64,000 nucleotides of DNA, taken from assembly GCA_023250155.1 (NCBI GenBank), contig JAHFBG010000006.1, forward strand, positions 78,963 to 142,962, written 5' to 3'. This document shows positions 60,916-64,000 of this stretch, piece by piece (positions within the stretch are counted from its first letter, which is position 1; each line of letters starts with the position of its first letter). This DNA comes from Candidatus Melainabacteria bacterium. Lineage in GTDB: Bacteria; Cyanobacteriota; Vampirovibrionia; 2-02-FULL-35-15. The notes below the pieces were generated by a model, which searched no databases, was not told the DNA's origin, and saw nothing but the letters and a program-made list of their open reading frames with translations. A program made the translations under genes and the position numbers.

Positions 60916-61776
60916 ATGGTTCTTAAAAAATTAAAAATAAATTTATTGTTAGTTGCATTGCTATTTGCTTTGAGTATCTTTGGTGTAAAGGCATTAGCTC
61001 AAAGTGATTATGATTCTGAATTAGAAAATTATTATGATACTGAACAAGCTAGTGATTATGAAAATACAGAAAGTATACAGGAGCTTAAACGAAAGAAATC
61101 CAACCCTAATAAAAATCCTCTCATATTAAAGGATTCTGCTTTTGTGGCTGATAAGAATGCTACTTTCAACGGTTTAGTAAAGCAAGTTGTTTTTATTATT
61201 TTATTTGCACTTATATCTTTAGCTTTAGTGAAGTTCTTATTATCAAAGAACAAGTTTAACCAACCTGGAAGCTTGCTTGACGATCTTGCTCAAAAAGTTA
61301 CAGGAGCTTTTTCTGGAATATCTAATATTCAAACCTTAAAATTAAAGCAAACATTAATGTTAACACCAGGACAAAATATTTATTTAGTAGAAATTGAAAG
61401 TAAAAAACTATTATTAGGTGGTACTCAGCAAGGTGGCGTCCAGTTTTTGGCTGATTTGACAGAAAAAGCAGATTCATTAATTAAGCCAACTATGGAGAAT
61501 CACCATTATACAAAAAACCTAATTCAAAATGATTTGAATGTGATGTCTAATGGAGATTTTGGAAAGTCTATTAAACATGTGGAATTAACAAAAAATATAA
61601 ATGACAATCCATTTGCAAACAAATTACAAGAACAAGATTTGAACTTTGATGAATTATCTAATCAACCTCCTCAACAAGTAAGTGTAGAAGATATAAATAG
61701 ACCACAGGTTCAAAAACAACCACCCTTAAAAAGAACTAACTTTAGGCGATCGCTTAGTGTATCTAGCATGAAGTAA
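60916..61776 (+). CDS. Hypothetical membrane-anchored protein
   Basis: Signal/TM at the N-terminus and a second TM (VVFIILFALISLALVKFLL). The segment LKLKQTLMLTPGQNIYLVEIESKKLLLGGTQQGGVQFL weakly recalls FliO-type proteins. Confidence 0.45.
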   Translation: MVLKKLKINLLLVALLFALSIFGVKALAQSDYDSELENYYDTEQASDYENTESIQELKRKKSNPNKNPLILKDSAFVADKNATFNGLVKQVVFIILFALISLALVKFLLSKNKFNQPGSLLDDLAQKVTGAFSGISNIQTLKLKQTLMLTPGQNIYLVEIESKKLLLGGTQQGGVQFLADLTEKADSLIKPTMENHHYTKNLIQNDLNVMSNGDFGKSIKHVELTKNINDNPFANKLQEQDLNFDELSNQPPQQVSVEDINRPQVQKQPPLKRTNFRRSLSVSSMK

Positions 61777-62587
61777 GATTCAAAAACAAATCTTGAAGCA
61801 CTATTCTATCTTGCATAAATGACTTATTCTTTAAATAAGCAGTGGAGAGATTTTCATATAAATTTATAAATTGTTTTAGGTCTTTGTGTTTTAGCTTCTC
61901 ATAGTTAAAACTTGCTATTTTAGCTAAATAGCTTTTTAAGTCAATCTCATTTTCATTTAAATAATCTAAAACTTTGGATGATTTATTCATTGCTTCTATT
62001 GGATTTTCCACTAAGCAATTAAATATATCTTCTCTTAAGTCTTCTTTAATAGAGCTACTTGTATCTTTTGAACTGTTTATGTAAATCGTTTGAGAACGAC
62101 TTACGATAGTAGGTAAAATGTCATGCTTTGAGCTGCTCGCAAAAATAAAAATTGTTTCTTCTGGAGTTTCTTCAACAGTTTTCAACAAAAGATTGGAGCT
62201 TTCTTGAGGAAGTGAATAGAATGAGGCATTTGTAAAAAAAACTATCCTATAGTATCTTGATGTATTATTTAATGCACTTAGAAGCTCTCTAATGCTGTCA
62301 ATTTTAATTTGTTCTTTCTTGCTTTTTGGATCAGGAGTTATTGTTATTAGAGCTTGAGGGTGTTCTTTCTTATTTAACCAATTACAGTTTATGCATTTTT
62401 CACAAGGTGTAGAAAATCTATTGTTTTCACAGTTTAAGATTTTAGCTAAGTGTAAAACAATTCCTGAAATACCTTCAATATCTCTACCAATAAAAACATA
62501 TGAATTGGCCAATTTGTTTTTTTCAATAGCATTAGTGAAAAACTTTACTGTTGCAGGATGATTATTTGTTAAGTCTTTTGGAAACAT
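61763..62587 (-). CDS. holB: DNA polymerase III subunit delta-prime
   Basis: ANSYVFIG, Cys cluster CEKCINC, LLKTVEETPEETIFIF and TIVSRSQ motifs. Confidence 0.8.
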   Translation of the reverse strand: MFPKDLTNNHPATVKFFTNAIEKNKLANSYVFIGRDIEGISGIVLHLAKILNCENNRFSTPCEKCINCNWLNKKEHPQALITITPDPKSKKEQIKIDSIRELLSALNNTSRYYRIVFFTNASFYSLPQESSNLLLKTVEETPEETIFIFASSSKHDILPTIVSRSQTIYINSSKDTSSSIKEDLREDIFNCLVENPIEAMNKSSKVLDYLNENEIDLKSYLAKIASFNYEKLKHKDLKQFINLYENLSTAYLKNKSFMQDRIVLQDLFLNLTSC

Positions 62588-62634
62588 TATCTTGACCCTA
62601 TTGTGTTACATATAATATCAGGACTATCATTGCA

Positions 62635-62673
62635 TGTCATTGCGAGGAAGGACATAGTCCTGACGAAGCAATC
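62635..62673 (+). repeat. CATTGCGA...GAAGCAATC element copy, followed by a degenerate inverted copy to about 62720
   Basis: TGTCATTGCGAGGAAGGACATAGTCCTGACGAAGCAATC, then TTGTTTCGCCTTTTCGTTTCTCGTAATGCA, which resembles the reverse orientation. Confidence 0.7.
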
Positions 62674-62917
62674 TAATAGCGTTTTGGAGGTTGTTTCGCC
62701 TTTTCGTTTCTCGTAATGCATATCCGTATTATTATCAGAAAACCCCTTTGGAACTGGCCTATAACCCTCTCGTCTAGCTAATTTGATTAGATTGATTAAT
62801 TTGTTCTTAAAGTCTTTTCATTTAAATAAACTACATCATTTGGTGTAGTCTAACATTAAATCAATTTAATTTATGTGTTGTTTGAGCAGTTTTGAGGTAA
62901 ATATAGAGTAACCCCTT

Positions 62918-64000
62918 ATGAATAATAAATCTAAGATTGCTAAGTTATTACCATCAGTCATTAATTATTTTGAAGAGAATTTTGATTCTGTTCATACTCT
63001 AGATTTTAGATTTCCTATAGAAACGTTAGATGAGCTATTAAAGAACTTTTATAAAGATCACGATCAATCAGCATTTTTAATTAAAGCAAATAAAGAAATA
63101 TTTGAATTAGGATTAAAAAGAATATCCAAATCTTATTTGCTAAATGTACCTTTGCCAAGTATAAACAATGAGAATATATATATTGGTTTGTCTGATGTTT
63201 TATCTTTTGTTATTTTATTTGATGAGCCAAACCTTGCAAAACAAAACATAAAAGAACAGAAATCACGATTCCTGATTAGTTTTGATTCGACGGTAATTAA
63301 TGAATTATTTGAATATTTCTATGACTATCATTGTCAATCTTTGTCATTAAAAGAAAAGAAACTATTGATCAAGTTGAAAACAATAAAATCTCATAATATA
63401 GATTCTCAATATATAAGCAAGTTTCAAGAGGCATTATTGATAAATGCTTTAAATAAAAACAATAAGATTAAAAATGAAAAAATAACAGAAGCATTATCCT
63501 TTTCTGATGAATCTATAGTTATCTGTGACAAAAAAGGAAACCTATTAGAATCCAATAATAATTTTAAAAAAGATTTTCCTATAAGTTCGAATAACATAAA
63601 GGAAATATTGTCAGAAGTAATATTTGAAAGTGCTATTAAGGAAGTAAGAAGATTGAATAAGTGGCAAATGGAAATTGAGCTTCCTGTAAATAGTGAAGCC
63701 TCAAAATTTTCATTAACAAGTTGTTATTTGTTTAAAGATGAATTAAATAGACCGAATGGTTATGTTTTTACATTTAAAGATGTTACTGAATTAAGAAAAT
63801 TAGATGTGCTGAATAAAAAGTTGGTTTTAAAATTACGAGAAAGAAATCTTGAACTAACAGAGGTAAATAAACGATTGTTAGAGGGAGATAAAATTAAAAA
63901 TGATCTTTTATCAGTGGTTAGTCATGAATTAAAAACACCAGTTTCTTCAATCCTTGGATTTAGTGAACTTCTTGCAAGTCGAGAATATGACATAGACTCG
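62918..64000 (+). CDS. Sensor histidine kinase, N-terminal part (3-prime end outside window)
   Basis: Frame 2 is open from ATG 62918 to the window end. PAS-like segment (ESIVICDKKGNLLESNNNFKKDF...YVFTFKDVTELRKL), then a coiled coil and the H-box LLSVVSHELKTPVSSILGFSELL. Confidence 0.8.
   Translation, partial: MNNKSKIAKLLPSVINYFEENFDSVHTLDFRFPIETLDELLKNFYKDHDQSAFLIKANKEIFELGLKRISKSYLLNVPLPSINNENIYIGLSDVLSFVILFDEPNLAKQNIKEQKSRFLISFDSTVINELFEYFYDYHCQSLSLKEKKLLIKLKTIKSHNIDSQYISKFQEALLINALNKNNKIKNEKITEALSFSDESIVICDKKGNLLESNNNFKKDFPISSNNIKEILSEVIFESAIKEVRRLNKWQMEIELPVNSEASKFSLTSCYLFKDELNRPNGYVFTFKDVTELRKLDVLNKKLVLKLRERNLELTEVNKRLLEGDKIKNDLLSVVSHELKTPVSSILGFSELLASREYDIDS

Noticed and set aside
60916-61776. 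Possible FliO-like flagellar export protein.
   Set aside because: The resemblance is limited to one short segment (LKQTLMLTPGQNIYLVEIESKKLLLGGT). There are no neighbouring flagellar genes and the protein is much longer than FliO. Kept as hypothetical.

Overview
AT-rich bacterial chromosomal window (by eye about two-thirds A+T; not computed). It has two housekeeping blocks with an accessory region between them.

Housekeeping, left (1-3.5 kb): dcw-type genes rsmH, an ftsL-like gene, a class B PBP, and murQ.

Housekeeping, right (34-64 kb): amidohydrolase, Zn-ADH, pyrC, tgt, AMIN-amidase, murI, hicAB, trpA, gatB, topA, murB, murC, rpsT, a type IV pilin-like gene, ndk, rpsP, tldD-like, nuoL/nuoM-like, gcvH, holB and a partial histidine kinase.

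Accessory region (about 3.5-34 kb), organised around three minus-strand tRNA genes (Lys-CUU, Leu-UAG, Arg-UCU). It contains:
- toxin-antitoxin and nuclease genes: mazEF-like, MNT/HEPN (HI0073/HI0074-like), AbiEii/AbiEi, DUF2779-like nuclease, DinD, staphylococcal-type nuclease, YhcG/DUF1016 PD-(D/E)xK nuclease, a Schlafen/AlbA_2 protein, a GIY-YIG nuclease and a PIN pair;
- large orphan proteins;
- a methyltransferase / GT-C / UbiA envelope cluster.

Most notable unexplained structures:
1. A four-gene module of unknown function (XRE-HTH, 130-aa, 63-aa and a divergent ~315-aa membrane-like protein) occurs in two diverged copies. The copies share a 92-bp perfectly identical divergent promoter region, and the large protein has a swapped central segment.
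2. DinD and YhcG each sit in a cassette-like unit bracketed by the same left and right repeats with TGTAGG-type termini. A cargo-less inverted-repeat pair lies at 19.27 kb.
3. The GIY-YIG gene is bracketed by inverted copies of a dispersed CATTGCGA...GCAATC element.
4. Nested direct repeats and a fused MNT-fragment/tRNA-like scar lie beside the tRNA cluster.
5. Heptanucleotide tandem repeats occur between murC and murB, and in frame inside murI.
6. A secreted 672-aa protein is followed 4 nt later by a 70-aa ORF, a toxin/immunity-like layout.

No rRNA, CRISPR array, integrase or transposase was recognised. HEAT/PBS-lyase-like repeats, ndhF/ndhD-like genes, AMIN domains and STRR-like heptamers weakly suggest a non-photosynthetic relative of cyanobacteria. 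That taxonomic guess is inference only.
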